DNA of 40,568 nt from Deinococcales bacterium (GCA_031418155.1 JANOWZ010000512.1:1-40568); one strand, 5' to 3'; shown: positions 1-8,890, numbered from the stretch's first letter. Notes: generated by a model not told the origin, from the sequence alone. Program-made: numbers and translations.

Positions 1-233
1 TGGACGATGCCGATGTCATCTTCGGTATCACTTTCGACGAAGATGCTGGGGACGAAGTGCGCCTGACCGTGATCGCCAGCGGTTTCAACGAAACTCCAGG
101 CGTGATCACCAGCATTCAGAACGCTGGACGTGGCAACATTCCACTGCCGACCTTCTTGCAGCACCAGAACAAACCGGACCTGACCGATCTGGACATTCCG
201 GCGATCTTGCGTCACGCTCGAGAACGCGACTGA
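1..233 (+). CDS. ftsZ: Cell division protein FtsZ, C-terminal fragment (5' part outside window)
   Basis: The frame-3 ORF runs off the left edge and ends at TGA 231-233. The translation ...DEVRLTVIASGFNE...DLDIPAILRHARERD matches the end of the FtsZ core (R-V-T-V-I-A-T-G-F type) plus the conserved C-terminal D-I-P-x-x-L-R peptide. Confidence 0.8.
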   Translation, partial: DDADVIFGITFDEDAGDEVRLTVIASGFNETPGVITSIQNAGRGNIPLPTFLQHQNKPDLTDLDIPAILRHARERD

Positions 234-247
234 AGATCGGAAAAAGT

Positions 248-284
248 GAACCAAGCCTCGAGTCATGTGCTCGAGGCTTGGTTC
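248..284. terminator. Perfect 15-bp hairpin between convergent ftsZ and the M50 gene (bidirectional terminator candidate)
   Basis: GAACCAAGCCTCGAG (248-262), loop tcatgtg, CTCGAGGCTTGGTTC (270-284). It lies 15 nt after the ftsZ stop and overlaps the stop of the minus-strand ORF. Both arms end in CTCGAG. Confidence 0.6.
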
Positions 285-987
285 AAATTGGATTGCTCAC
301 GCCGGGAATTAAAATCCGAAACGCGAAACCAATGATGGCACGAATCACCTGCCCAATCGGTTGTTGAAAAATCACCAGAACAAAAATCAGTAGGTAACCC
401 GAGTTCGCCTGCGTGCGACGCAATGCCTCACCAAAATTGCCCGGAATCAATGCGGCCAGCAGGCTCGAGCCATCCAACGGTGGGATGGGTAATAAATTGA
501 AGACGAAGAGGGTCACGTTCAACTCGATCATCCGAATCAGCGTGTTGATTGCCCATTCGGGCGCGAGCAGATCACCGGTGAGCGCATCGTTCAGGCCACG
601 CTCGAGCCCGAGGTAACGCAGGGCGAAACCGGCGATCAAGACCAGTGCCAAGTTCATCAAAACACCGGCGCTCGAGACCAGGATTTCACCGAATTGCCGG
701 TTGCGGTACTTCCACGGTGCGGTACGAACCTGACCACCGAAGCCGAAACCGATCAGCACGATCAAGGCGATGCCGAGCGCGTTCAGGTAACGCAGTGGAT
801 TCCAAGAAAACTTTCCGTTCACGAGTGGTGTGTCATCACCCATCGCAATTGCGGCCCAGGCATGACCGTACTCATGCAACAGAAACGAAACGAGCAGGAC
901 GAGCAGATAAAGGCTGGCCTCGAGCGGTTGGGTGTTAAATTCACGCAGAATGTTCACGGTCAGTAGCCTACCTGAAGCGCAATCCAT
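283..987 (-). CDS. Site-2 protease family (peptidase M50) membrane metalloprotease
   Basis: HExxH motif in a TM segment (LLHEYGHAWAA) and a second M50 motif FNLLPIPPLDGSS; multi-pass hydrophobic profile. An alternative GTG start at 957 (VNILREF...) is preceded by TAGGCT plus 7 nt. Confidence 0.8.
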   Translation of the reverse strand: MDCASGRLLTVNILREFNTQPLEASLYLLVLLVSFLLHEYGHAWAAIAMGDDTPLVNGKFSWNPLRYLNALGIALIVLIGFGFGGQVRTAPWKYRNRQFGEILVSSAGVLMNLALVLIAGFALRYLGLERGLNDALTGDLLAPEWAINTLIRMIELNVTLFVFNLLPIPPLDGSSLLAALIPGNFGEALRRTQANSGYLLIFVLVIFQQPIGQVIRAIIGFAFRILIPGVSNPI

Positions 988-1025
988 TGTGGGTCACAAG
1001 AAGGAACAAGGCAGCCTCGAGCGGT

Positions 1026-1679
1026 TCAGAGTCCGACGGCGCTGACAATCCCGATCAGCAAGCGCAAGATTGGATTGACAATGGCGCTCAGAATTCCGGT
1101 GTAAGACAACACCAGGAAAATCAGCAGGAACCCAATCGGGCCGTAAGACTCGAGTTGGGCGAGGAAGCGTCTGGCCTCCATCGAACCAGCGGCGGCCAGG
1201 GCTCGAGCGCCATCGAGCGGCGGGACCGGCACGATGTAGACCACCGCGTATTGCACGGCGTAAAAGGCGGCGTTTTGCAGGCCACCGCCGATGCTCGAGC
1301 CGACCTCTGCGCCAAACTTTGCGGCGATTCCCGACAGGAGCAGCAGCACCAGCGCATAACCGATCAGGCCCAGCGGCCCGGAAAGCCAGACGATGGCCTC
1401 CGATCCGCCACCACGACCGCGCAGGCTCGAGCCGCGCAAGGGGATGGATTTGGGCACGCCGAAACCGAGCAAAAGCAAAAATGCGAGTGAAAGCGGATCA
1501 AGGTGAATGCGCGGGTCCGTGCCGTGAAAGCCGTAGGTGCGCGGCGTGCTGTCGCCCAAACGGTCGGCGACCAATGCCTGCACGATGTTGTGCAACACCA
1601 GTCCAAACAACACGCAGGCGATTACGATTGCGCCCTGAAGGGGCGATTGCAGCAGTAACGGCAAGAATCCAAAATTCAT
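1026..1679 (-). CDS. M50-like membrane protein paralog with degenerate zinc-binding motif
   Basis: Same architecture and same downstream motif (VPVPPLDGAR) as the neighbour. The HExxH position reads LHNIVQAL, so Glu is replaced by Asn and the second His by Gln. Confidence 0.65.
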   Translation of the reverse strand: MNFGFLPLLLQSPLQGAIVIACVLFGLVLHNIVQALVADRLGDSTPRTYGFHGTDPRIHLDPLSLAFLLLLGFGVPKSIPLRGSSLRGRGGGSEAIVWLSGPLGLIGYALVLLLLSGIAAKFGAEVGSSIGGGLQNAAFYAVQYAVVYIVPVPPLDGARALAAAGSMEARRFLAQLESYGPIGFLLIFLVLSYTGILSAIVNPILRLLIGIVSAVGL

Positions 1680-1737
1680 GTCCGATCAGGCTACCATGAC
1701 CTCAAGTGCAGCAATAGCGGCGAAAAAATCAATTCCG

Positions 1738-1779
1738 CCAATCACTTCTGGCCAATCACTTCTGGCCAATCAATTCTGG
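1738..1779. repeat. 14-bp tandem repeat x3 (CCAATCACTTCTGG, third copy with 1 mismatch)
   Basis: Units read directly at 1738-1751, 1752-1765 and 1766-1779. The repeat spans the stop codon of the M20 gene (1770-1772) and lies about 60-100 nt upstream of the M50-like gene start (1679). Confidence 0.9.
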
Positions 1780-2888
1780 GCGAGCACGTGCACCAGTCCC
1801 TCGAGTGCCAACAATCCAGGCTCGAGGCTTTCGGGTTCGATCCATTCGTCCAAGCGATGCGCGTTGCCGCCCCGGTACACGCCGAAGGCAATCGCGGGCA
1901 GGTGGTGCGTCACGGCGGCGTTCGCATCTGTGCTCGAGGCGACACGGCGCATTCCAAGCTTGACACCCTCGAGTGCCTGTTGTGAGGCTCGGACCAGGGA
2001 TTGATTGTCGGTCTCACCGGCGGGCCTGTCACCGACGGGCGTAAGGCGCAATTCGGCGCGGGCTCGGCGTGCGGCGCGGGTCAATACAGAACGGGCGTTG
2101 TCCTCCAAATGCTCGAGGGTACTCGCGTCGATGCTGCGCAAATCCAGCAGCATTTCGGCGTGTGAGGCGATGCTGTTGACGCTTGTGCCGCCAGAAACCG
2201 TGCCGACGTTTAGGGTGGCCCTGGGGTCTTGCACGAGCGGAATTTTGTACAGGTCATGGATCGCATCCCCCAGGGCTTGAATTGCGCTCGGTGCGCCAGC
2301 GTTGCCCCAGGAGTGACCGCCTTCGGTGTGAAAACCGACGCGGTAACGGCGCACGCCAACCGAACGGTCCACGACCAGGCCGAGGTAGCCGTCCACCGCG
2401 ATGAACGCATCGAAGTCTCGAGCATGCGCGTTCAACAGGTGCTTCGCACCCTTCAAATCACCGAGACCCTCTTCGCCGGTGGTGGCGGCCAACCACAGTT
2501 CGCATGGTGCGCCACTTTGAGCGAAACGTTCGGCGAGTGTGGTCAGCACGGCCAGACTCGAGGCGTTGTCACCGATGCCTGGACCGACCAGGTGGTTGCC
2601 CTCGCGCCGCACCTTTAAATCGGTTCCGGCCTCAAACACGGTATCCAGGTGCGCGGCCAGACAGATGCGTTTGCCAGATGCGCCCGCCTGCCCTCCGATC
2701 CGGGCGATCACATTCCCGGCAGCATCCAATTCTGGGTGCAGTCCAAAACTGGCCCACCAACCGGCGATCAGGCTCGAGCGTTCACCCTCATGGAAGGTCG
2801 GGGCGGGTGTCTGCGCGATACACAGCACACGTTCAAGCAGGGCAACCTGTGTGCTCGAGGTGGTCACGGACGGTATTGAGGCGAGCAC
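1770..2888 (-). CDS. M20 family metallopeptidase (ArgE/DapE/peptidase T-like)
   Basis: Motifs AAHLDTVF and ATTGEEGLGDLKGAKHL are typical of M20 metal-binding and catalytic segments; 372 aa; GTG start. Confidence 0.8.
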   Translation of the reverse strand: MLASIPSVTTSSTQVALLERVLCIAQTPAPTFHEGERSSLIAGWWASFGLHPELDAAGNVIARIGGQAGASGKRICLAAHLDTVFEAGTDLKVRREGNHLVGPGIGDNASSLAVLTTLAERFAQSGAPCELWLAATTGEEGLGDLKGAKHLLNAHARDFDAFIAVDGYLGLVVDRSVGVRRYRVGFHTEGGHSWGNAGAPSAIQALGDAIHDLYKIPLVQDPRATLNVGTVSGGTSVNSIASHAEMLLDLRSIDASTLEHLEDNARSVLTRAARRARAELRLTPVGDRPAGETDNQSLVRASQQALEGVKLGMRRVASSTDANAAVTHHLPAIAFGVYRGGNAHRLDEWIEPESLEPGLLALEGLVHVLAQN

Positions 2889-2894
2889 AGCCTC

Positions 2895-2900
2895 ATTCTA
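2895..2900 (-). promoter_or_regulatory. -10 box TAGAAT, 6 nt upstream of the M20 GTG start (leaderless-type promoter)
   Basis: Minus strand reads gggcTAGAATgaggctGTG. Confidence 0.45.
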
Positions 2901-3019
2901 GCCCGAGCGTGGCCTTGTGAATGGGACAAAATAGCCTGAACGAGGCTGGGCGGAACCGTCTTATGGACCCGGAGTTCACCAATCCTTATGGCTTTGAGAC
3001 CGCATTTATCCACGGACCG

Positions 3020-3025
3020 TAGACT
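3020..3025 (+). promoter_or_regulatory. -10 box TAGACT, 6 nt upstream of the esterase GTG start (leaderless-type promoter)
   Basis: Plus strand reads ccgTAGACTgaagttGTG. Confidence 0.45.
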
Positions 3026-3031
3026 GAAGTT

Positions 3032-4240
3032 GTGCGTGCCATTTCCCTGTCCTCGAGCCTGCTGTTGATCCTGACCGGGTTTTCATTGATCGTTGCCTGT
3101 GAGTTGGTCAACCCAACATTGAACAGTTCAACGGGCATACCTTCACGCACCGCCGGGTTCTCCAGGACCAATCCGGGACCGGGTTTGGAGATGCTTTCGC
3201 GTTCGTACCGGGTCAAAGACGTGTTGGAGCGCCGCGCCAAAGAAAAATCGGACATTTGGCGCGACGGCAACGACTTGAACTTCAGCTTTGAAGGTCAGGC
3301 GGACCGGGTAACGCTCTGCTGCGGACTCGAGGACGACCTGATCCCGGCCCTGAACGAGGATGGTACGCCCTCGAGCACAGTTTGGGCGTTGACGGCACGG
3401 ATTCGAGATTTGGACCGTGCCGTGATTACCGTGGGGTTCTCTGTGACCCGCAACGGGGTTGGTTTGGGACGGGTCAATGTTCGTGTCTGGCGTGGCCCGA
3501 ACGCCCCTGTTGCACCCGCTCAGGCGCAGCGGTTGCGAGGCGCGGAACGCCGTGTCGAATTTTACAGCAATGCCCTGGCCGAAAAACGCAATGTCTGGGT
3601 GTACCTGCCACCCAACCACGATCCAAAGAAAAGTTATCGCGTCGTCTACCTCGCCGATGGTGCGTCCGTGCCGGGATTGGCCCGAGTCCTCGAGCCTGCA
3701 ATTCTGGCGGGGAGCGTCTCACCGGTGATCTTGATTGGTGCTGAACCGGGCATCTCGAGCGGTCCCGAGGCGAACGATATTTCCCGCAACACCCGTGCTC
3801 AAGAGTACCTGCCGGATGTCAACCCGGCACGATTTAAAGCGCACGAAACGTTCTTCGTCGAGGAGTTGCGCACCTGGGCGCAAAGCCAATTTGGGGCCAG
3901 CACAAAACGCGAGGACCGCGTGGTGAACGGCTTCTCGAACGGTGGGCAGTTCGCTTTGCAGATGGCCTTGCGCCACCCAGAAATTTATGCGCACGCCGTG
4001 CCGATCTCCACAGCGGGCAAAACCTTCACCCTGACCCGATCTTCTTTGGGTGTGGTTCCCGCCGATTTCTTCCTGGTGGCGGGCACGCTCGAGCCGTACA
4101 TCAAGCAATCGCGGCATTTCAGCAGCGAATTGCAAAGCGCAGGGGCTCGGGTCAAGGGCAATGAATGGGTGTCCGGGCATGACGTGCAAGTTTGGATTGA
4201 GATTCTGCCCGCTGCGCTCGAATGGTTCTGGGCGAAGTAA
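3032..4240 (+). CDS. Putative esterase (esterase D / enterochelin-esterase-like alpha/beta hydrolase), lipoprotein
   Basis: Signal peptide with lipobox LIVAC; VWVYLPPNHDPKKSYRVVYLADG and nucleophile elbow VNGFSNGGQFAL are typical of the putative-esterase family. Confidence 0.7.
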   Translation: MRAISLSSSLLLILTGFSLIVACELVNPTLNSSTGIPSRTAGFSRTNPGPGLEMLSRSYRVKDVLERRAKEKSDIWRDGNDLNFSFEGQADRVTLCCGLEDDLIPALNEDGTPSSTVWALTARIRDLDRAVITVGFSVTRNGVGLGRVNVRVWRGPNAPVAPAQAQRLRGAERRVEFYSNALAEKRNVWVYLPPNHDPKKSYRVVYLADGASVPGLARVLEPAILAGSVSPVILIGAEPGISSGPEANDISRNTRAQEYLPDVNPARFKAHETFFVEELRTWAQSQFGASTKREDRVVNGFSNGGQFALQMALRHPEIYAHAVPISTAGKTFTLTRSSLGVVPADFFLVAGTLEPYIKQSRHFSSELQSAGARVKGNEWVSGHDVQVWIEILPAALEWFWAK

Positions 4241-4318
4241 TGCAACTCGAGGTTTCAATAGATCACGCATGAGCAAGTCAGGCCACAAAACCGGAGTGGA
4301 TGCTCGAGCCTTGAACGT

Positions 4319-5404
4319 TCAACCGCGAATGCCAATGACTTCTGCCGCCATGCGTTTCGCCTCGTCTGGCCCGAGCGCCCCAACCTCGATGTTGCAAGTC
4401 CAAGTCGCACCCGCCGCCAAGGTCTTGATGTTCCCTTTGGCAGCCTCGGCGCTGTACCCCTCAGGCTCGGCGGTGGCGGGCAGGTTCAGGCCGAAGCAAT
4501 CCTGATCCGGGGTTCTCGAGATCCAACGCACGCCAAAATCCAATTCGCTCGGTCGGTGCGAGATCAAATCCGCCTGACCGTCCGGCAAGAGTTGCATCGC
4601 GTGCGCCCAGCCGTGCTCATCCGCCAAGTAATCAATAAAAAAGACGATCTCCGGCGCGAACTGCAATCCCGGCTCGAGCACATGGTGTTTGCTCGGATTT
4701 GCCGCGAGTTCGGTCAGAAATTCCATGTAACCGGGCGCGGGCTTGACGTGACTCGGGATGCTGGTGCGCACGCGGACGTGTTCGGGCGTGTACTGCGCGG
4801 TGTACTCGAGCCGCGCGTGATCGTGTGGGCGAAAGTTCGCGTGTGCCATGTACATCAATTCCATCGGTGTGCGTTTGAGGTTGTGAATGTTCATCTGGAT
4901 CGGGAATCGGCTCGAGTTGGCATACAGTTTCACGACCGGACGCGCCTGGTAATTCTGGCTGAACGCGACCGTGTGCTGATACGTGCCGGTCACGCCGATG
5001 TACGCGCCTCGAGCGTCCTCACCGATCAAGAGTTGCGCGGTTTGATACGGTGCGTTTGGCAATTCGCCGTGCAACGGATGCGTGTCTTCCGGTCCAGGAA
5101 CGCCCATCGCGGTCGCGCCGCAATGCAGCAAGAACGCACCGTAATTCTCGAGGTACGCCGTGTTCAAACGCGGCGAGTCGAACATGCTCTGCATCGTTAA
5201 CGCGCGCCCGTAGAACTTGAGGTGCCAGATTTGCTGCCCCTGGTACGGCAGGACCGTCATCTGCCCGAGTTCGTTCTCGAGGCGGATCGCGTGAACGCCA
5301 CTCGGATACAGAAAGCTCGAGGCCCGCAGTCCGGCGTGTTCGACAAGAAGTTTTTCATGTTCAGAGAAAAACGATTTTTGCAGGTGCAGCGTAATTTCAG
5401 ACAT
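4319..5404 (-). CDS. Aldose-1-epimerase-like protein (DUF4432-type)
   Basis: About 361 aa counted from ATG 5404 (MSEITLHL...), which is preceded by GGAGA. The HPLHGELPN segment and overall beta-rich pattern resemble the mutarotase-like DUF4432 family. The assignment is by memory of the family only. Confidence 0.5.
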   Translation of the reverse strand: MSEITLHLQKSFFSEHEKLLVEHAGLRASSFLYPSGVHAIRLENELGQMTVLPYQGQQIWHLKFYGRALTMQSMFDSPRLNTAYLENYGAFLLHCGATAMGVPGPEDTHPLHGELPNAPYQTAQLLIGEDARGAYIGVTGTYQHTVAFSQNYQARPVVKLYANSSRFPIQMNIHNLKRTPMELMYMAHANFRPHDHARLEYTAQYTPEHVRVRTSIPSHVKPAPGYMEFLTELAANPSKHHVLEPGLQFAPEIVFFIDYLADEHGWAHAMQLLPDGQADLISHRPSELDFGVRWISRTPDQDCFGLNLPATAEPEGYSAEAAKGNIKTLAAGATWTCNIEVGALGPDEAKRMAAEVIGIRG

Positions 5405-5444
5405 GCGGTCTCCGGGTTCGGCAAACGATTGCAGATTTGTTTCG

Positions 5445-5450
5445 AGTCTA
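5445..5450 (-). promoter_or_regulatory. -10 box TAGACT, about 40 nt upstream of ATG 5404
   Basis: Minus strand reads gcggTAGACTcgaaac...ccGGAGAccgcATG. Confidence 0.35.
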
Positions 5451-5489
5451 CCGCAATCTCGTCGCGGCTCGAGTCTCAAATCAAATCCG

Positions 5490-8114
5490 TCAGCGGCTTG
5501 ACGGAGTACACCGTTGATCTGTCGGATTCTCAGGTCCGATCACGATGTTGGTCGTCTCGAGGGTGATGTCCTGTTCGAGCAATTTGGGCGTGCCGCTCGA
5601 GGAAAAACTCAGGTTGTCCAAACGCCCGAGTTCACTGATGCTGACCTCATCGCTTGGTCCGGGACTGGTTCCAGGTTTGATGCGGTACGCGATCAGGTCA
5701 TACGTGCCAAACTCGAGGTCGGGAAAGTTGAAGCTTCCGTCGTTTGTCACCTCAAAGCCGGGAAAGTTCACGCGCCGTTGATCGTTGGCGCAACTCGGGT
5801 CACGTTTATACAACCGCACCCGCACGTTCTGGCTGTCGCTGATCGGTCTGGCCGCGCCAACACTGTAATACGCCCGCACCTCGAGCAATCGGACGGGGTT
5901 CGAGCCGTAATTGATGCTGATCCGACCGGCGTAACTGCCATCCGCAACCCCGGCCCGGTTCAGGTTCACCACGATCAAGCCTTCGCTGTCCACCGGGACG
6001 TTGGCGCTGAACGCTTCGGCCTTCAACCCCGGCGATGTGGCTGTGACGTTCATGACCGCTGGCACATCGCCAACATTTTTAAGGCTGAATTTGATCAGTG
6101 AATCATCTGGTCCAAAGACGATTGCGCCGTTGACGCTTTCGCTGCTGGTGCTGCTGGTGGTCGCTACAAGAAGTGGCCCCATGCTGGGATAATCGATGGC
6201 TTTTTGCAGCGCTTTGGCCGCATCGAGCAGGCCCGCACCGCAACCGCGTTCGCACAGGGCCATTCCGCTCAGGCTCGAGGAATCCCGCAGGTATGCCAGC
6301 ACCCGAGCCCAATTGCGTTTGATGTCACTGCCGGTCGGGTTGCGCAATTTCGCTTGGGCTTGCAGCATCATGGCGACCACACCGGTCACGTGTGGCGTGG
6401 CCATCGAAGTGCCCTGCAAGTAGTGCATCCCGAATTCCGGGTCGCTGTCGCTGCAAGGCGGCACACTGCCCGCAAAGTTCTCCAAAGAGCCGCAACCGCC
6501 CAGGCTGAGCACACCGTCCTGCGCCAAACCGCGCCGCGCCTGATCGCCACCGGGAGCCATCACGCTGATCGCACTGCCGTGATTGGAATACGAGGCCCGA
6601 GCCACAGTGCCATTCCCATCCGTTGGTGCGGTCGCACCGACCACGATCACGCCACGCAGGTTGGCGGGCACGAACTCGCTGGTGTCACGGTTCTTGTTGC
6701 CCGCCGCAACCACCACGATCACGCCCTTGTTGGTCGCGGCGGTCACAGCATCCTGCAAAAAACGGCTCGAGGCGATGGCTGGCCCGCCCAGGCTCATGTT
6801 GATGATCTGGGCCGGATTGGAGTTGATTATTTTTTTCGTCGGGTCGTTTTTGTCTTCTATCGGCAGACCCGCCGCCCAGTACACCGCTCGAGCGATGGTC
6901 TCGAACGAAGAGGAGCCCCTGTCAAAGGCGCGAACCGCTTGGATTTGGGCGTTCCAGGCGACACCCGCACCGAATTTGTCGTTGTTGCTGCAAGCCCCGA
7001 TGGTTCCGGCCACATGCGAACCGTGAAATGAGGCATCGTTGTTGTCGAAGGGATTGTCGTCATTTTCAATCAGGTCGTAACCGGCAATGATTTTGGGCAG
7101 GCCCGGAGCGACCAGGCAATCAAAGTCGGGATGGCGCGATGCCGGATCGGTCGGATGCCACAAAATGCCGCTGTCGATCACTGCGACCCTGACGGCGTTG
7201 GCGGCGGTCAGGGGCGATAGTGGTTTGTCCCAGGCGGCGGGCAGGTTCAATTGCTCGTAATGCCAGCGTTGATTCGGGCCTGTCGTGCTGGTGTAAAACG
7301 GATCGGTCGGGGTGGCCTCGAGCGTGACCCGGTAGTTCGGTTCGGCATATTCGACATCGCTGCGGGCCTCGAGCGAACGAATCCATTCGAGCGTATCCTG
7401 ACCCGCAGCGCTCCCCGCCGTGACGAAACCACCGGCAGAAGAAGTTGTGAATCCTGTGCTCGAGCGACGAACCACACCGGTTTGTCCGATGACCGCCCGA
7501 GCAAATGGCAATGGTCCAGATGTGGTGGCACGCAAACTGCCCGTTTTGAGTTTGACAATCGCTTCGTTGGCGGCGAACACGGCATCGTCTGGAATGCGTG
7601 AAAGTTGGCTCGAGGCACTGACCTCAGGGTTCAGGCTCCCGGTATTGAAGTCCGTGTTCAGGCTCGAGAATCGGATTCCGTCACGCACTCGGCCTTGAAT
7701 GCTGCCGCACGGTCCGCCCGAACCTGCCGCCAGCGTCACCACCGGCCCCGCAATCTTCTCGGTCGTATTCGTTGCGAGATCGGTGACTGTGCCGGAAAAG
7801 GTCAACCGCGTGCTCGATTTTGGACTGACTGCGATCAACCATGTGGCTTTGGGTATCATGGCGTTTGTCTGAAATATTGCAGCATTCGGTAACGGCGGAG
7901 CAACTTCAAAGGTATAAACAAGTTTTTGACCCTTCAGTTTGGAATCATTCAAGTCCAAATTGAGTGTGATCGCCTCGCAGGGTGGCACCAAACCCGGTTG
8001 ACCCTGGTATGTGACCCGCACCACCGCCGGAACGGGTTGCCGTGGACACGCTACCAAAGCCATTGACAGCAGCAACAGGCCAGTGAGGGTGCGTCCAAGC
8101 GACAGGGGGGGCAT
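5490..8114 (-). CDS. S8 (subtilisin-like) serine peptidase, lipoprotein, with I9-like propeptide and C-terminal beta-sandwich domains
   Basis: Catalytic triad motifs VAVIDSGI (Asp), HGSHVAGTIG (His) and GTSMATPHVTG (Ser); propeptide end VEYAEPNY; signal peptide with lipobox LVAC. The ORF-track start is TTG 8126, but ATG 8114 (MPPLSL...) with GAGGG upstream is preferred. Confidence 0.85.
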   Translation of the reverse strand: MPPLSLGRTLTGLLLLSMALVACPRQPVPAVVRVTYQGQPGLVPPCEAITLNLDLNDSKLKGQKLVYTFEVAPPLPNAAIFQTNAMIPKATWLIAVSPKSSTRLTFSGTVTDLATNTTEKIAGPVVTLAAGSGGPCGSIQGRVRDGIRFSSLNTDFNTGSLNPEVSASSQLSRIPDDAVFAANEAIVKLKTGSLRATTSGPLPFARAVIGQTGVVRRSSTGFTTSSAGGFVTAGSAAGQDTLEWIRSLEARSDVEYAEPNYRVTLEATPTDPFYTSTTGPNQRWHYEQLNLPAAWDKPLSPLTAANAVRVAVIDSGILWHPTDPASRHPDFDCLVAPGLPKIIAGYDLIENDDNPFDNNDASFHGSHVAGTIGACSNNDKFGAGVAWNAQIQAVRAFDRGSSSFETIARAVYWAAGLPIEDKNDPTKKIINSNPAQIINMSLGGPAIASSRFLQDAVTAATNKGVIVVVAAGNKNRDTSEFVPANLRGVIVVGATAPTDGNGTVARASYSNHGSAISVMAPGGDQARRGLAQDGVLSLGGCGSLENFAGSVPPCSDSDPEFGMHYLQGTSMATPHVTGVVAMMLQAQAKLRNPTGSDIKRNWARVLAYLRDSSSLSGMALCERGCGAGLLDAAKALQKAIDYPSMGPLLVATTSSTSSESVNGAIVFGPDDSLIKFSLKNVGDVPAVMNVTATSPGLKAEAFSANVPVDSEGLIVVNLNRAGVADGSYAGRISINYGSNPVRLLEVRAYYSVGAARPISDSQNVRVRLYKRDPSCANDQRRVNFPGFEVTNDGSFNFPDLEFGTYDLIAYRIKPGTSPGPSDEVSISELGRLDNLSFSSSGTPKLLEQDITLETTNIVIGPENPTDQRCTPSSR

Positions 8115-8142
8115 CGTAACCCTCAATCTAGAGCGAAAAGAT

Positions 8143-8148
8143 TAAAAT
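8143..8148 (+). promoter_or_regulatory. -10 box TAAAAT, 8 nt upstream of the rnhB ATG
   Basis: Plus strand reads gatTAAAATaagcgtgcATG. Confidence 0.35.
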
Positions 8149-8156
8149 AAGCGTGC

Positions 8157-8888
8157 ATGACCGACAGTCGCAGCCGAAAAACCGTTCATGCTCGAGTGAT
8201 CGGGGCACAAATTCCAGCATTCGGTGAGCTCAAGTGCGAGATCGAGTTGAACCCCGATGCGAACCCTATGTGGGCACTCGAGGCCGAACACTGGCAACTG
8301 GGGCGGCAACGCATCGCAGGCATCGACGAGGCCGGACGTGGAGCCTGGGCCGGACCGATCTCGGTTGCCGCCGTGATCCTGCCCGCCGATGGGCTCGAGC
8401 GACTGTACCGCGACTCGAAAACCTTGAGCGCACCAAGCCGTGAACGCCTCGCCGTCAAGATCAAACTTGAGGCGCTCGCCTGGGCCATCGAGTTTGCCCC
8501 AGCCAGTGAAGTGGAAGAGTTCGGCGTGCTCGAGGCGACCAAACGTGCGGGCCTGCGGGCGATTGCACGGCTCGATCCAAGCCCAGATGCACTCGTGACT
8601 GATTACTTGCGCCTGGATACGAACCTGCCGTTGCTCGCACCCGCCAAGGCGGATTCAAACTCTTACAGCGTTGCTGCCGCCAGCATTCTTGCGAAAACCG
8701 CCCGCGATGACTTTATGCGGGAATTGGACCTCGAGCATCCCGATTACGGGTTTGCCAAGCACAAAGGTTATGGGGCTCGGGTCCACGCGCAGGCACTCGA
8801 ACGACTCGGTGTCTGTGACCAGCATCGGCGCAACTTCGCCCCGATTCGCAGGGCGCTCGAGGCTCAACTCCAACTGTTTGATCCTTGA
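8157..8888 (+). CDS. rnhB: Ribonuclease HII
   Basis: IAGIDEAGRGAWAGP (metal-binding DEAGRG), DSKTLS, AASILAK and KGYG motifs. Confidence 0.9.
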   Translation: MTDSRSRKTVHARVIGAQIPAFGELKCEIELNPDANPMWALEAEHWQLGRQRIAGIDEAGRGAWAGPISVAAVILPADGLERLYRDSKTLSAPSRERLAVKIKLEALAWAIEFAPASEVEEFGVLEATKRAGLRAIARLDPSPDALVTDYLRLDTNLPLLAPAKADSNSYSVAAASILAKTARDDFMRELDLEHPDYGFAKHKGYGARVHAQALERLGVCDQHRRNFAPIRRALEAQLQLFDP

Positions 8889-8890
8889 GA

